This document shows positions 1-15,420 of a DNA stretch of 64,000 bases, in pieces. The stretch's first letter is position 1, and each line of letters opens with the position of its first letter. Location of the stretch: assembly GCF_009914755.1 (NCBI RefSeq), contig NC_060925.1; one strand, 5' to 3'. The translations under genes were made by a program, and so were the position numbers. Under the pieces are notes generated by a model. That model was not told the DNA's origin. It ran no database searches and was given only the letters and a program-made list of their open reading frames with translations. The stretch comes from the human T2T-CHM13v2.0 reference genome, Homo sapiens.

Positions 1-899
1 GCTAAGCCTGACTATGCTGCTGAAGGTCATAGAGAAACTCAGGGGCCTGAGAATAACTGGGAAGCTTTTGAGGGCTCCCTCATAAGACAATACATTTTGT
101 TATTTATGGAATACTCATAGAGAGTCCAATAGGCTGTGGGGGTGTTGATTGATGTAAAAAGGTAACTAGCTGTGATTATTAGGTAATGAGACTGTTTTTT
201 TTGTGTGTGTGTGGCTCCTTGGCTAGCTCCAAATGAATAAATGACTGAAACATCAGGCCTCGGGACTCCTTCAGAATGCATGGTGAATGAAGAAAGGCAA
301 GATGATCAGGTCCCTGTGTTTGGTCAAGGTTTTGTGAACAAGCAAGGTCTTGGAGTTGAAAGTAATACAATCAGTATTAAATAAAATGATATGAGAGAGC
401 ACCTAAACAGATAGCAGATATTCTCATGGGTTTTCACCACCAAGTTATTTACCATGATTATTATTAAAACCATCTGCTGCCTGGCAAAAAAAAAAAAGGC
501 TTTTGTCTGGGCACCAACCATCCCACTCTCTTTATTGCTTTTATATGGAGCCTGGGGAGGGAGATGGATGGGATGAGTGGCCACAACTCCATTTGGGAGT
601 GTCTCAGACAGGCTAGCATAGCATGTTGTATTGCATTCAGAGAACTGGGTGACTGTATTTATCAAGGTGACAAGAATAGGCAGCACCCTCAAGGAACTGT
701 CAAGTGGAGTTCAGCAGTGAGAGTACGCAGTGGGGATGGGGCTGTGGGCAGGGGAGAGCATTAGGGAAAGTCAGACAGCAAGTTCCATTATAGAACCTGG
801 GGGCAGTCGAGCAGGTGTTTTGCCTCAGTCTCACCTTAGTCCAACCCCATTGCCTGGGCAACAATGTCAATAAATATAATGACTATTTTTGAGTTCTGA

Positions 900-1080
900 T
901 TGCAGCCAAACATTAAGAGGAATTTTACATATATAACCATGTAACTACTGTCTTACAGATGTAGAAACTACATCTGGAAAGCAAAACTGGCTTGTTCAGT
1001 GTTATTCAGCCAGCAATGGGGTCTGAACCTAGGGACTTCTCCTGCCAGAGTTTGGGCTCTTTTCATAAAGCCACACTGCT
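900..1080 (-). mobile_element. MIR SINE relic
   Basis: Degenerate antisense MIR core (TTACAGATGTAGAAACT...CTGAACCTAGG...CCACACTGCT). Confidence 0.55.
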
Positions 1081-1857
1081 TCCCAACAAACAGAAGTTTT
1101 CCCAACAGACTTAGACCAAGCTAAAATGTAGCACGCAGTGTAGAAATACCAACCACTCTCTTGGAAATTATATGGCTTGGAATTTCAAAGGGCCAGAGCA
1201 GAGGTACCTGAGGGTTATGGGCTGTGAGGTACCACAGGCCCATCTTCTGCTGCTTCCCAGCTCCACATCAACCCAAAAGGGCTTCAGGAAGAGGCAACCA
1301 GGAACCCAACAGGCTTGTTCTAGGTGCCTCCATCCCTGGGGCTCTTCATGGACAGCAGCTGCCAAGGCCATAGCTCTCATACGTGTCCTTCCTGCAGGTG
1401 TTCAAGAGGGCCTTTCTTCTCTAGACTGCTCTCAGGTATCCTGATGACATCTCTGCTCAGAAGAGTGGACTGATGAGAAATTGGATGAGATCAAAAAGCA
1501 AGCCCATAGCTGGAGGAAGACTGAGATGAGATCTTGATTCTCTGGTTCCTGGCTCAGGAGCCTGCCCCTCATACGCACCCACTAGCTGCCCGGTGGTACT
1601 CAACATCTAGGGCATTGAGCAGGGCATTGAGCCACTGAGCAGGGAAATATCACCCAAGAAGTCTATCACCTGGCAATTTCCTAAAAAGTAAAGGATCTCT
1701 CCCCAGAATGAATATAAAGAATGCCACTTATTCTCATGAGAATATGCCAATTCAGTCATGCTGGAACTTGATGCTAGATCTTTCAAATGACTTTAATATG
1801 ACCCATCAATTATTCAAAGAATACCTTTTGGGGACCATTTTTCTAGACCCCTTACCA

Positions 1858-1883
1858 ATATATATATATATATATATATATAT
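1858..1883. repeat. (TA)n microsatellite
   Basis: Pure TA run. Confidence 0.95.
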
Positions 1884-2110
1884 TCTTTTTTTATATTGCG
1901 CATCCTTTATTTTACACTTACTAAAGTCCTTTATAATTATTTTTTTCATTAGCTCCAAGGGAGCTAGTAAAGGGAGGAAACAGTGTAATCTTGCTTCCAT
2001 AAGAAACTGGTTATTGGCAAAAGGAAGTCAATAAATGTAATCCAGCAAATAAACAGAACCAACGACAAAAACCAAATGATTATCTCAATAGATGCAGAAA
2101 AGGCCTCTGA

Positions 2111-3108
<998 letters not shown>

Positions 3109-3111
3109 TGA

Positions 3112-4119
<1,008 letters not shown>

Positions 4120-5004
4120 ACAGTGAGAACACATGGACACAGGAAGGGGAACATCACACACCGGGGCCTGTTGTGGGGTGGGAGGAGTGGGGAGGGATAG
4201 CATTAGGAGATATACCTAATGTTAAATGATGAGTTAATGGGTGCAGCACACCAACATGGCACATGAATACGTATGTAACAAACCTGCACATTGTGCACAT
4301 GTACCCTAAAACTTAAAGTATAATGAAAAATAAATAAATAAATAAAATAAACTGGTTATTGGGTAATACCATTCCCATGATGTTGAGGACATTGAGGTTG
4401 TCTGCAAATGTTTATAACATATCCTTTTAAGACATATACTCTCCAAAACAATGTTGGTGTGAGTGCCCACTACCTGCCAGGTAGTCGACCTACCAAGGCC
4501 CATCAAGTAAGTAAACAAGAAAGTGATTCTGCCCTTCCTTTTGCCAATCCCTGGCCCTGTTGACCTGCGCTGTAAGTGAGGGGCTGCCAAAGTGCACACC
4601 TACTTTGTCAATTTCAGACCTGAAATTCAGCCTACAGATTAGTGGTGGCACTTGAGTTTCACTAGCTACTGAGCTGGAAAGAAATATGATGTGACAAGGA
4701 AAAATACCTATGCATAAAAGCATAAAGCTAGCATATATACAAAAAAAATAGTGCTCTTGAAAGAACAGTAGCAATTTCACCCTAACCAGAAAACCTCAGT
4801 AAAAGGCACAGCAGACAAATGCAATAGCCACTTGGAGCCTCTGACCAGCGAAACAACCAGGATGCAAATGGAGAAGGCTCACTTCTGAAAGAGAGCTGAT
4901 GTCACCTGAACCAGAGAAGATCAGGCTTGCCTAGAGGATTTAATTCCCAGACCCTGTAGAGCTTACCCATTCCTTGGTTGTTCTTGCCCAAGGAGGGAAA
5001 AGGT

Positions 5005-5215
5005 GCTGGAACAGAGAGAACATTGGACTTAGAGAAGGAGACCTGGGTTTCATGTTCCAGATCTACCACAGTGGACAAGCCACAAGCTCTCCAAGCCTTA
5101 ATTTATTTATCAATAAAATGGAATCCATAATATCTTTCCCACAGGCCTGAGAGGATTGTGTGAGATTCACATTAGAATTATAATTTGCAAATTGCAAAAC
5201 TTTGTAAACCCATGG
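5005..5215 (+). mobile_element. MIR/MIR3 SINE relic
   Basis: GACCTGGGTTT...ATCAATAAAATGG...GGATTGTGTGAGATT pattern. Confidence 0.55.
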
Positions 5216-5624
5216 GAAGTAACTTTCCTTCATTGCAACTGGAGAACAATATAATAGCTTTTAGGTTTGAGGGCAGATACAGGACAGTTTACTTAGGCAC
5301 AGACCAATACATTTCTCTGCTTTCCAGGATGTAAGTTACAGTGGGCTCGTAGTGGGCTCACCGTAATGTCTGATGACATTTGTATGGATTGTGTATGGTA
5401 CTGCACTGGACACATGCAGATCTTTGAAGGGAGGACAGAGCATGACCTAGGAGATGGTGGGAACATGTCAATGCTCCATATGGACATAGAGTGTTGCAGA
5501 TGTGGTTTTCACTATTTTAGTTTGGATTTTGTAGGAGACAGGGGAGGCAGGGATGGAAGCAGGCAAAGAGGGAAAAAATAAAAATAGGAACAACCAGGAC
5601 ACACTCTTATCTTCAAGGTGCACC

Positions 5625-6395
5625 CTGTTAGGCTAGATGTCTCATGGATCCTTCCAACACAGCATGTCCTGAGCCAAACTCACCATTGTCCCCACTCTGA
5701 CAGGCTCATCCTCATATGTTCCTTCTATCAGACAATGGCTCCACCAGCCACACACTGCTTAAAATCTTGGCATCACCCTGGACTCCCCCACCGCTCCACC
5801 CAGTTCATTCAAGTCCAGTAGACACAACATTCTTAAAAAGTCCTCTTTCCAGTCCTATGACTACTATTGGGGTCGAGGCCCTCATCACTCCTGGCCTGAT
5901 TACTGCAATCATCTCCTATAGTCCCCCTGCCTGTCTTCCCCCTTGAATTCATTCTTCATACTGCTGATTTCTAAGCCACTTCCCTCAGCCCCTTTCTTCC
6001 TCTGCAAGCTCATTTCTTGCCTTTCTGTCACACAATCTGGCCCTTTACTCTAACTGTCCAAATACTTCCAGGCCTTTGCAAATGCTGTTCCCTCTTCATG
6101 TAATGCCTTTCCCTGCTTCTCCTAGGTAATTCTTTCTCATCCTGAAGATTTCCAGATTTCCCCAACCCCAAAGGCCACATTTAGTGTCCCTCTTCAGTGC
6201 TTCCTGAGCACGTCTTCTTTCATATGATTATAGTATTTAGCCCACTGAATGGCAAGAATTGATCTATTGACTTATTTCAAGACCGTAATAACTCTGAAGA
6301 AAGGCCAACCTTTATTTTAGCTTCGTGTGTCCAGCACTCACAACAGTGACAGGAGCCTAGGAGTTACTCAATCACTATTTGTTGATTTGAGTGAT
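5625..6395 (+). mobile_element. L2 LINE 3' fragment
   Basis: Pyrimidine-rich L2 motifs (GCCCTCATCACTC...TTACTGCAA; GGCCTTTGCAAATGCTGTTCCCTC) ending in CTCAATCACTATTTGTTGA. Confidence 0.75.
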
Positions 6396-7107
6396 GCCTA
6401 ACTAAAGGGAACCTGGCTCAGTCAGTTTGGTGAGTTTGTCTGAAGAAATTCAGCGAGGTTTAGTATTCAATGCACTCCATCCCAGTGGACACTCCTTGTG
6501 TTCCCCAGCCCAGCAAGTTGGTAACTGACAGCAACTTTCCCAAAAGTCAGGCTACTGCCAGGAGTCACCAAACTCACTCCAAAGCTGACCCAAATCTGTT
6601 GTTTGCCCCATAGTGAAGCTGGCTTCCTCTGCTACCCAGCATAACCCATCTTCAGAGGTGGATGTTCATGAGCTTAGACCCAGCAAGGGGCCTTGACAAT
6701 CGTCCTGAGATCATCACTTCCACCTCTCGCCAGGCACACTGAATGCAGATTTCTCAAGTTAATTAATGAATTAATGTGAGTCAAGCTTTGACACGGGCCC
6801 TGTGTGTTCTGCAGCATGAAGAACAATGTTGCTCATATCCTTCCAAGCTCTATTCCTCACCACCTGACTGGGGCCTGTGGGGAACAAGCATGCCTCTGCT
6901 ATGAGTAAAGTATGTGGGCTTTGTGATAGTTATTTGCTTGGACTCAAAAACCTTTTCATGCAACTAGCATTCTATATATGGTCAAACTTGTCAGAAGTTA
7001 GACCATACGTTGTTAAACGAAGCACAATCACTAAGGTTTTTTGGGTTTTAAAAGTGTCGCTTCTCTTTTCTTACCTGAATTAGCCATAAGCCTTAGGAGG
7101 TGGCATA

Positions 7108-8275
7108 ATGTAGTAAGTTGCAAAAATGACCACAAGGCTTCATTCCTGGCTTTATCTGAACACTTTTCAATGTGACTTTCAACTGCTCCCATCAAAAGGC
7201 AGAGTCTACTCTGCTCCTCTTGAATCTGGCCATGTTACTTGCTTTGCACAACAGAATGCAGTAGAAGTAACAGTGTGCTAGTTTTGAGCCTAGACCTTTT
7301 GTGTTTTCGCTCTATTTCTCTCTCTTTTTCCCTCCCTCCCTCCTGCCCCATCTCCCTCTCTCCCTCTCAGAACCTGCTAGCTACCATGCAAACAAACTCA
7401 GTCTAGCCTGCTGAATGATATGAGACACACGTACCAACTACCCTCTATTTCAGTTCTTTATTGTTGCATAACCACCTGCCTCAAACGCAGTGACTTAAGA
7501 CAACAATTATCGTTTATTCAGCCTACAAATCAGCAATTTGGGCAGGGCCTGGCAGGGACAGCTCACCTCTGCTCCATGTGGCATCCACTGGGAAAACTTA
7601 AAGGCTGAGGGTGACTCAGTATCTGGGAGTCACTCAGTCTCTTGGAGCTGGAGTCAACTGCAGGCTCACTCACTCACTCACTCACTTACATGTCTGGTGG
7701 TTGATGCTGCTGCCCACCAGGACCTCAGCAGGACTGGTGGCGAGACAGCCATACCTGACCTCTTCATGTGGCTGCTCCACTGCCACACAGCATTGTAGGA
7801 GAGTTCCAAGAGCGACGTTGCAAAAGGAAGGAAGTGGAAGCTGCCAGTTTCTCAAGTCCTAAGCCTGGAAGTTGGCCTGCCATTAAACCCACCACATTCT
7901 GTTGGTCAAGGCAGTCACAAAGTTCTGCCCAGATTCAAGGGAGAGGACCATAGAGACAAAGAAACTGTCAGAGCCACATTGTAAAAAGAGATATATATTG
8001 TAGTGGCCATCTTTCATACTCCCATCACTCTAGCCAACAGGCAGCCAGCTGCCAAACACATGAGTAAAGCCATCCTGACCAAGTCACACATACACACACA
8101 CACACACCAGCCAACCAGCCAATGGGCTGCAAATGCATGAGCAAGCCCAACCAAAATTAGCCAAGCCTCACCCAGATCAACAGAACATCCCAGCCAACCT
8201 GTCAACTGATGATGGCTGCAGACTGTGAGCAATAATAGATGGTTATTGTCTTAAGTGGTTAAATTTGGAAGTAAC
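7108..8275 (+). mobile_element. MLT1H/G-like MaLR solo LTR, split by a nested LTR
   Basis: 5' part CTCCCATCAAAAGGCAGAGTCTA...TTGAATCTGG (to ~7440); 3' part CAGCCAGCTGCCAAACACATGAG...GGTTATTGTCTTAAG resumes at ~8015. Confidence 0.7.
7441..8014 (-). mobile_element. MLT1F/G-like MaLR LTR nested in opposite orientation
   Basis: TTGTTGCATAACCACC...GTGACTTAAGACAAC...GGGCAGGGCCTGGCAGGGACAGCTC...CCCAGATTCAAGGGAG...GGCCATCTTT. Confidence 0.7.
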
Positions 8276-8430
8276 CTGGCTCCACCACCCATTAATGAAG
8301 TAACCACTTGAGCTTCAGTTTCCTTGCCTATAAATATAGTGATCATAATACCCATGTCACAGGATTATAAATTATTAGGATTCAATGAAATAACGGGCCT
8401 TTCTTTGGTGCCTAGTAAAGTGTTGGCACT
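8276..8430 (+). mobile_element. MIR fragment
   Basis: GAGCTTCAGTTTCCTTGCCTATAAA...AGGATTCAATGAAATAA. Confidence 0.55.
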
Positions 8431-10829
8431 GAGTTGAGAAATGATCCTTCCCTCCCCTTCCTCACACATTCAAAGCTGTAATGAAGGTCATGTTCTCATC
8501 ATTCTCTGTGCTACATAAACCAAGGTCACAGAATCTTGACTGGATGTCAGTCTCAGTTCTGCTTTGCAGAAGGTGACTTTCAAAAATAACTCTCCTTACT
8601 AATCAATTAAACTAGTGAGAATTTTCAAAATCACTCAACTATTCCAGCAGAAAGGATAAAGGGCAGGACAAGAGGTGAACTGTGTGATCCTCCTAATGAA
8701 AATTTCAAGGAGACTTGGTTTATAAACGCTGCAAAAATCCATTCTAAACAAAAACATCAGCTTTTCACTGTGACTTGGATATTAGCCAGCAATAAAGGAG
8801 AGATTGACCTGATTTAGGGTTGGTTGCACAATATGAAAAGTGATTTTTTTCCCCTTTCCCTGGACCTAGAGCTAATAGCTTTGTTTGTGTCCCTGAAGAA
8901 CAGAAGAGAACACCGGGCTTGTCCCCTTTAAAATCTGTAAGTGCACAAATGAAGCCTTGCTTATGGTTAACTCCACAAGCACTTTGGAGCTGCTGCAGTT
9001 GACATAAGCTCCATTAAAGTAGGGGGTGCAGAATAAATACATCATATTCTGATACTCCATGCCTAAGCTCCCAAGAGGAAAGAGACCTGAGACATTTTCA
9101 AGAACATGCAAAGGCAAAAGACGGTTGTCAGTCTATGTTTTAATTGCCCCTGACAATAATGGCATAAGCTGATGTTGGCAGAGGAATTTTCATCCGGCAA
9201 AGGGCTTTGCAGCACATGCTTTACTTTTAACCTGTGCAACAGCTCTGTGTGGCAAACAGAGTAAAGGTTGATAGTCTCCTTGTACAGGTGGGGAAAATTC
9301 TGTGATTTGTCCAACTTCTTTAATGGTTGCCACACTTTTAGTGAGCTCTCAAACTGGGTAGTTTGTCCGATATACAGAGTATTTAATTCTATCCTGGAAA
9401 TTTGACCGTAGAAATTAACCAATCAAAGTCAGATTGATTGATTTCTGGATAACACCCAGAAATCTGCATTTTTAACAACATCCTACATGGTCCTTTGATA
9501 ACATTTCCCCAGTCTGATACTCTACCTTGCAAAATCAAAAGGTACTTATAAAACTCATGTATACACATAAATCCTGTTTTTTCATGGTTTGTTACTCTTA
9601 AGAATTTGGAAATACCATGAGCACCATCATGCCCTCTTGAAACATAGTATTACCTTCAGTGAAAGCCTCATGGAGCACAGTTAATGTGCTAGGTTGGTGC
9701 TCGATCTGACTGCCAACACTATAGTACTTAGCTTAGGAATGCACTTTATTTTTCCAGCAGATTTGTCTTTTGAATTATGTCTGACTTCAGACAATATTAA
9801 AATTAAATTGCTTTTCCCTTTTCTTGGGCCCACACCAGAGAAAGGGGTGGGGAAGAAGGAGAAATAGGCAGAGACATTCCTTAGGTGCTCTGGGCGGCAG
9901 AAAGAGCAAAGGACAGACTCTAAAAGCTGAAATGAACAAGAGTGATCATCTTGTCCAGCTTATCACTGCCAGAGATTGGGAGATAAAGGAACAGAGATGT
10001 TAAGGGTCACAGACAATCCAGCCTTGACCAAAATAGTACCAAGCCATACACCACACAGCCCATTTGGCATTCAAAAACTTTGTGAGGGCAGACTTGTGTT
10101 CTTCCTCTCAAAGTTGATGCATGCTCTACCATATTTGCCCATTCTCTCATGGGGCTGATTACTCAAATGAGGAGCTGGCAGGCATGTAGGATAACGTTTA
10201 CTTGAGAACACTGTGTTGTGCTTCTACAAATTGCTCTTACTGAATGAATTTTTCATGAGCTGAAAGTTTCCACCTTTTTGTAAAGCCGCCTTACTATCTG
10301 TCAATATAGCCAAAATTATTCTTATTGTAGTGTCATAAGAGAGCTTCAATAACTAATGTCTGAATCCATGCATAATGGTAGGGCAAGGGCCATTTTGATT
10401 TTCCAGACTTAGATGGGAAAATGGAAGCATGTTAAGGGAAATTATATCAGGATTACATCAAGTTAAAGTAGAACAGCGAGTGAAAGGGGCTTCAGTATTC
10501 TCTGGGATGTATCAGGAAGAGCTCTGATGTTATGGGGATATCAAGTAAGCATAACATTACTGCCATTTCCTCAGCATCTTGACCTAAGGAAACAAAAATG
10601 TGTTCTACCTCCCCAGTAGATCAGGTGCCATTCTACTCAAATAGGTTCTCCCTACTTTGCAGATTAATGCACAGATTCACATTTTGAAGTTTAAAGCTTT
10701 TGCCTTAATCTAAGAGCCAAGGTCTCCCAACATACCCTGTTGCAACCATTCTGTAAAGCCTTACTCAATACAAAAACTCTTCTTTAATTCAACATCAACA
10801 ACAGTCAAGCGGCAGACTAACTAGATGCT

Positions 10830-11247
10830 CTCCAGCCTCTCTTTCCCATCATGGGGATGCAGAAAACCTACATTTCTTATCTTCCCTTGCAGTTTTTTGA
10901 GGGCCATGTGATCAGGTTCTGACCAAAGAAATATGGGAAGGAATGATGACTGCCACCTCCAAGCTGCATATAAAACATCCCACACAATCATTTTCATTCT
11001 ATACCTTTACTCATCAGCTGGAGAAAGCTAAAGATTCAGGGAAGAACACCAAAGAGGCTCTAGGAAACAGGAGAGCCACAGTATAAAATGGGTCTACGTC
11101 TCCGTATCAACACTGGAGGAGAGCCCTTCAGAGGAGCTGCCTGCTCTCCAGAAAGCTGTGGCATGGGTGAGAAGTAAATCTCTGTTAATAGAAACCAGTG
11201 GCCCTTAGGGTTTGTTGGTTCCTGCATGTGGTCTGTTCTAAATAATA
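10830..11247 (+). mobile_element. ERVL-class LTR (LTR16/LTR33-like)
   Basis: TTCCCTTGCAG...GGCCATGTGATCAGGTTCTGACCAA...GAAGTAAATCTCTGTT motif chain. Confidence 0.55.
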
Positions 11248-11634
11248 AGGATCACATCTCCATAACTAAAGAATGAGTCTATAATAGGTGTACCTATAAA
11301 CCAGTATGAAAGAACATGATCAGATGGTGAAATAAACTTTATGGAATTGTTTTTCTCTCGTCTGGAAGTAAATTAAACACACACACACACACAAAAACAC
11401 AGCAAAATAACTGTCAAATTAAACACTTTTTTGGTGCACTTTTTCTCTTTTATAACTAAAACAGAGTCAACTATTTATCTTTGTGATTATTTAATCAAAT
11501 TAGTATCAGTATAAAATCTAAACTACTTTCTTACTGTTAATCACTTGAATTCACTGTTTTGTCTTACAACCTCTATTTGAAAGGTTTGTCTTTATATCAG
11601 ATACATGGTGTTTCTAGGGGAAAAATCTAGATTT

Positions 11635-11850
11635 AATAATAGCTAATATTTATTGAGCACTTACTATGTACCAATAACACTGCTAGCATTCTCATGACCA
11701 CCTTGTGAGATAGGTACCAATTTACAGGTGAGAAAATTGAGGCCAAAAATCCTCTACATGCATCCTAAGGCCACCCAGGTCATAAATTATTTAGCCGGAA
11801 TTCACTTATTCACTGTCATTCTAAAATCTGCTTTCTTAACCACCTCACGT
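11635..11850 (-). mobile_element. MIR SINE
   Basis: AATAGCTAATATTTATTGAGCACTTACTATGTACCA...TTACAGGTGAGAAAATTGAGGC. Confidence 0.8.
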
Positions 11851-12257
11851 CTCTTTTGCGACTTCTTTCCTTCTCTGACTTATGTGTGAATATCTCATAG
11901 TAACCATTTTCCTAGAGACAGAATTCCAAATTGGCTATGAGTGCAGTTACTTGACTTATTCTCTGGTCACCTTCCTAAGTGGACCTCTGAATTGGCTCTG
12001 ATTTTATTACTGTAAGCTCTACATATTTATAAATGTAACCCAAGTTCTCTGACTTATGAATTCTTTGAACTTCTAACTTTTTTTCAGAGGCTTATGGCAC
12101 CTAACGCTTCTTAACAACTTAAAGGGACATTTTCTTTCCATTTCAAATTTCAAGCCTGCTTACTTTTAAATATTCAATATTTAGGTATTATAAGAGCAAT
12201 AGGATTATTTGATGTCCAAATTGCCTCAGGCCTTCTTTTAAATGCCATTGTAGCAAA

Positions 12258-12317
12258 GAGTGATTCCAGCAGTAGCATTCATCCTTCGAGTGATTCCAGC
12301 AGTAGCATTCATCCTTC
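12258..12317. repeat. Perfect 30-bp tandem duplication
   Basis: GAGTGATTCCAGCAGTAGCATTCATCCTTC x2. Confidence 0.97.
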
Positions 12318-12460
12318 CTACTATTCCGCTTAAAGAGCATCCAGACAGCCCATCGGAAGTGAGACCCAGCGCTGAACCCAGAGGACTGTTAGGGCTCAGA
12401 CTAAACCACCCTCTGGGAGAATCATACTCTGCCCCATCTCCACACCACCTCTGAGCACAT

Positions 12461-12461
<1 letters not shown>

Positions 12462-12500
<39 letters not shown>
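12462..12500. repeat. (CA)n microsatellite
   Basis: Pure CA run. Confidence 0.97.
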
Positions 12501-12502
<2 letters not shown>

Positions 12503-12657
12503 CTGCTGGTAAGATGAGGTCATAATAAACATCCAGAAGAGAATTAAGAGGAAAAGAAGATACAGAGGGAAATGTGAAGCACAATCCCCCAACTCACTTT
12601 CTCCTTGTTACTGGGAGTTCCAGGGACTGATGAGATTTGTAGATGAATGCAAACTCT

Positions 12658-12659
<2 letters not shown>

Positions 12660-12707
<48 letters not shown>

Positions 12708-12715
12708 TGTGTGTA
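12660..12715. repeat. (TG)n microsatellite
   Basis: TG run with one interruption. Confidence 0.97.
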
Positions 12716-13084
12716 TACAGAATGTTAAAATGGACTTTAGGCTAAAGTCCTGAAGTATAGATATCATTTGGCCATGGTGGCACAATTTCAAAGGAGGTTC
12801 AATTCTTAATCCTCTCACTCACGTCCAGGGTATAAGGTTTAGAGATTAAGAGATAACTAAGAGATTTTTAGTTGGGTTTTTTGTTGTTGTTGTTTTGGGT
12901 GAGGGGGTGGTAGAGATTGTTTGATTATGGAAAGGGCCTGTGGTGAGAGTTTATATTCTGAGCTTCCTCCCACCAAGTCGTGTCTAAAGGAAAAGATGTC
13001 AAAAGAACTCTCAGAGAGCCTAAGGCCTAATGTGTGGTTCTTGTACACACACCCGACTCCCGCCCGCAAAATCTGAAAGGCAAG

Positions 13085-13441
13085 TGTATTAGTCTGTTCC
13101 CATGCTGCTAATAAAGACATAACCAAGACTGGGTAATTTATAAAGGAAAGATGTTTAATGGACTCACAGTTCAGCATGACTGGGGAGGCCTCATAATCAG
13201 GGCATAAGGCAAAGGAGAAGCAAAGGCACATCTTACATGGCAGCAGGCAAGGCAGCTTGGGCAGGAAACTCCCCTTTATAAAACCATCAGCTTTCATGAG
13301 ACTTATTCACTGCCATGAGAACAGTAGGGGGGAAACTGCCCCCATGATTCAATTATCTCCACCTGGCCCCACCCTTGACATGTGGGGATTATTATAATTC
13401 AAGCTGAGATTTGGGTGGGGACACAGAACCAAACCATATCA
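13085..13441 (-). mobile_element. THE1C/D-type MaLR solo LTR
   Basis: TGTATTAGTCTGTT...AAACCATATCA full LTR; 5-bp TSD GCAAG (13080-13084, 13442-13446). Confidence 0.93.
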
Positions 13442-13816
13442 GCAAGACATGGGCTTACTGGCCGGTTTCATGGCAGAGTGAAAGAGAATTCGTGACACTG
13501 AGGGCGAGTCTCTGGGCTACCAGAATAAAGATGTTTTTGCCCTGTCAAGAGCCAAAAACAGAGATCACCAGTGTCAGAGAAGGAGGGGTAAAATCTCCAG
13601 AGGACACCCCAAAAAATGCCCTTCAGAGCAAGACTCAGGTTTAAGCATCTTCCAAGCCCCAACAGTGCCAATTCTGTGTATCTTGAGGTATCCTTTAAGG
13701 GAGACATTTCCTGCTCTCCTCATCTTCTCTCCCTCCCTGCACCTACTTGGGAGGGGTCAGAACTAATTAGGGTGGCACATAATTTACATACAGAAAGGCT
13801 TCTGAAAGGGAAATGG

Positions 13817-13950
13817 TGTGATGGTTCTTTTCATGTGTCAACTTGGCCAGGCTCTGGTGCCCAGCTGTGTTTCCAACACTAGGTGTTACTGTGAAGGCAT
13901 TTTGTTCATGTGATTAACACTTACAATCAGTTGACTTTAAGTAAAGGAGA
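13817..13950 (+). mobile_element. MLT2-type ERVL LTR 5' fragment
   Basis: TGTGATGGTT...ATGTGTCAACTTGGCCAGGCT...CAGTTGACTTTAAGTAAAG. Confidence 0.75.
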
Positions 13951-14129
13951 ACCCTGACTGAGCCAAAGGGGAACTATTAATAACTAGGCCCAGGCAAAAG
14001 CAACTGAGACTACCCTGAGCTAACCAGTTAACCAGTCAGAACCCAAGAGTTAGTGGGATGTGGAAGTTAGTGGACTGTGGAGCATGGAGTTGGTGGGATG
14101 TGGAAGTAGGTTTAGAAGTGCTGAGTGAG

Positions 14130-14295
14130 TGAGGTGGGGGGATGGGGGAGGGATAGCATTAGGAGAAATACCTACTGTAAATGAAGAGTTAATGGGTGCA
14201 GCAAACCAACACAGCACATGTATGCACATGTAACAAACCTACACGTTGTGCACATGTACCCTAGAACTTAAAGGATAATTTAAAAAAGAAAAAAA
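14130..14295 (+). mobile_element. Severely 5'-truncated L1PA6-like 3' end
   Basis: GGGATAGCATTAGGAGAAATACCTA...CCCTAGAACTTAAAG plus A tail; TSD AAGTGCTG(A/G)GTGAG at 14116-14129 and 14296-14309. Confidence 0.9.
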
Positions 14296-15100
14296 AAGTG
14301 CTGGGTGAGGAGAGAGGAGAGGCTGACTGTACTCTCTTTTCTGGACTGTGGTCTCCTACTTGGAATAAGCCTGAACTGGGAGAAAGAAAGAATTTATTAC
14401 TTTAGAGTTTTAACTATAACATGGAACCAGGCCTACTAATTACCATCCTAAGACTGTGTTGTGTGACTTCACATGATGGGAGACTATTCTGTGTGGCTTG
14501 AAATGACTGATGTTTGTGCTACACTGGCGTGGACAGAAAAGTCATAGGGCATGTCTGTGTTTCATTTGGGGAAAGAGGAAAAATTAGTCCTACAGAGATA
14601 GAAAGGTAGTGGGAGACAAAACACAGCTATTATCTGACTCCACTTCATAGTTATATATGGATAGACATCCTTCTTCTTGATCAGAGGCCTGCTTAAGTTA
14701 CAACCAGCTACTAGTGTCTGCAGCATGGAGGACCAGCCCTGGGCCTGGGGCAAGGGCCTCAGTTGTTCGTAGGAGCAGTTCTGATGGGCCCATAAACTGG
14801 GATGAGCTCAATATTTTGGCACACAGCACCTCTTTCTACCTCTAGTCACATCTTAGTTAACATGACTAGCCCACCAGAGCATATGGTAACTATGAAAGGT
14901 GTTTAACACAATCCATAAATACTTTCCACATTAAGTATCTATTTATTGAGCATCTACCCTGTGCCTAATATTGTTGGGTAGAAGTATATAGAGCCTCTGA
15001 GGCTGGGCACAGTGTCTCATGCCTGTAATCCCAGCACTTTCTTAAGCATCTACCCTGTGCCTAATATTGTTGGGTAGAAGTACAGCTATAGAGCCTCTGA

Positions 15101-15420
<320 letters not shown>

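Larger units (their letters stand above)
12930..14600 (+). mobile_element. Probable old Gypsy-like (MamGyp-type) LTR relic, interrupted by THE1, MLT2 and L1PA insertions
   Basis: Resemblance from memory in 13450-13790 and 14320-14595 (e.g. AGACTGTGTTGTGTGACTT...CAGAAAAGTCATAGGG); tentative. Confidence 0.35.
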
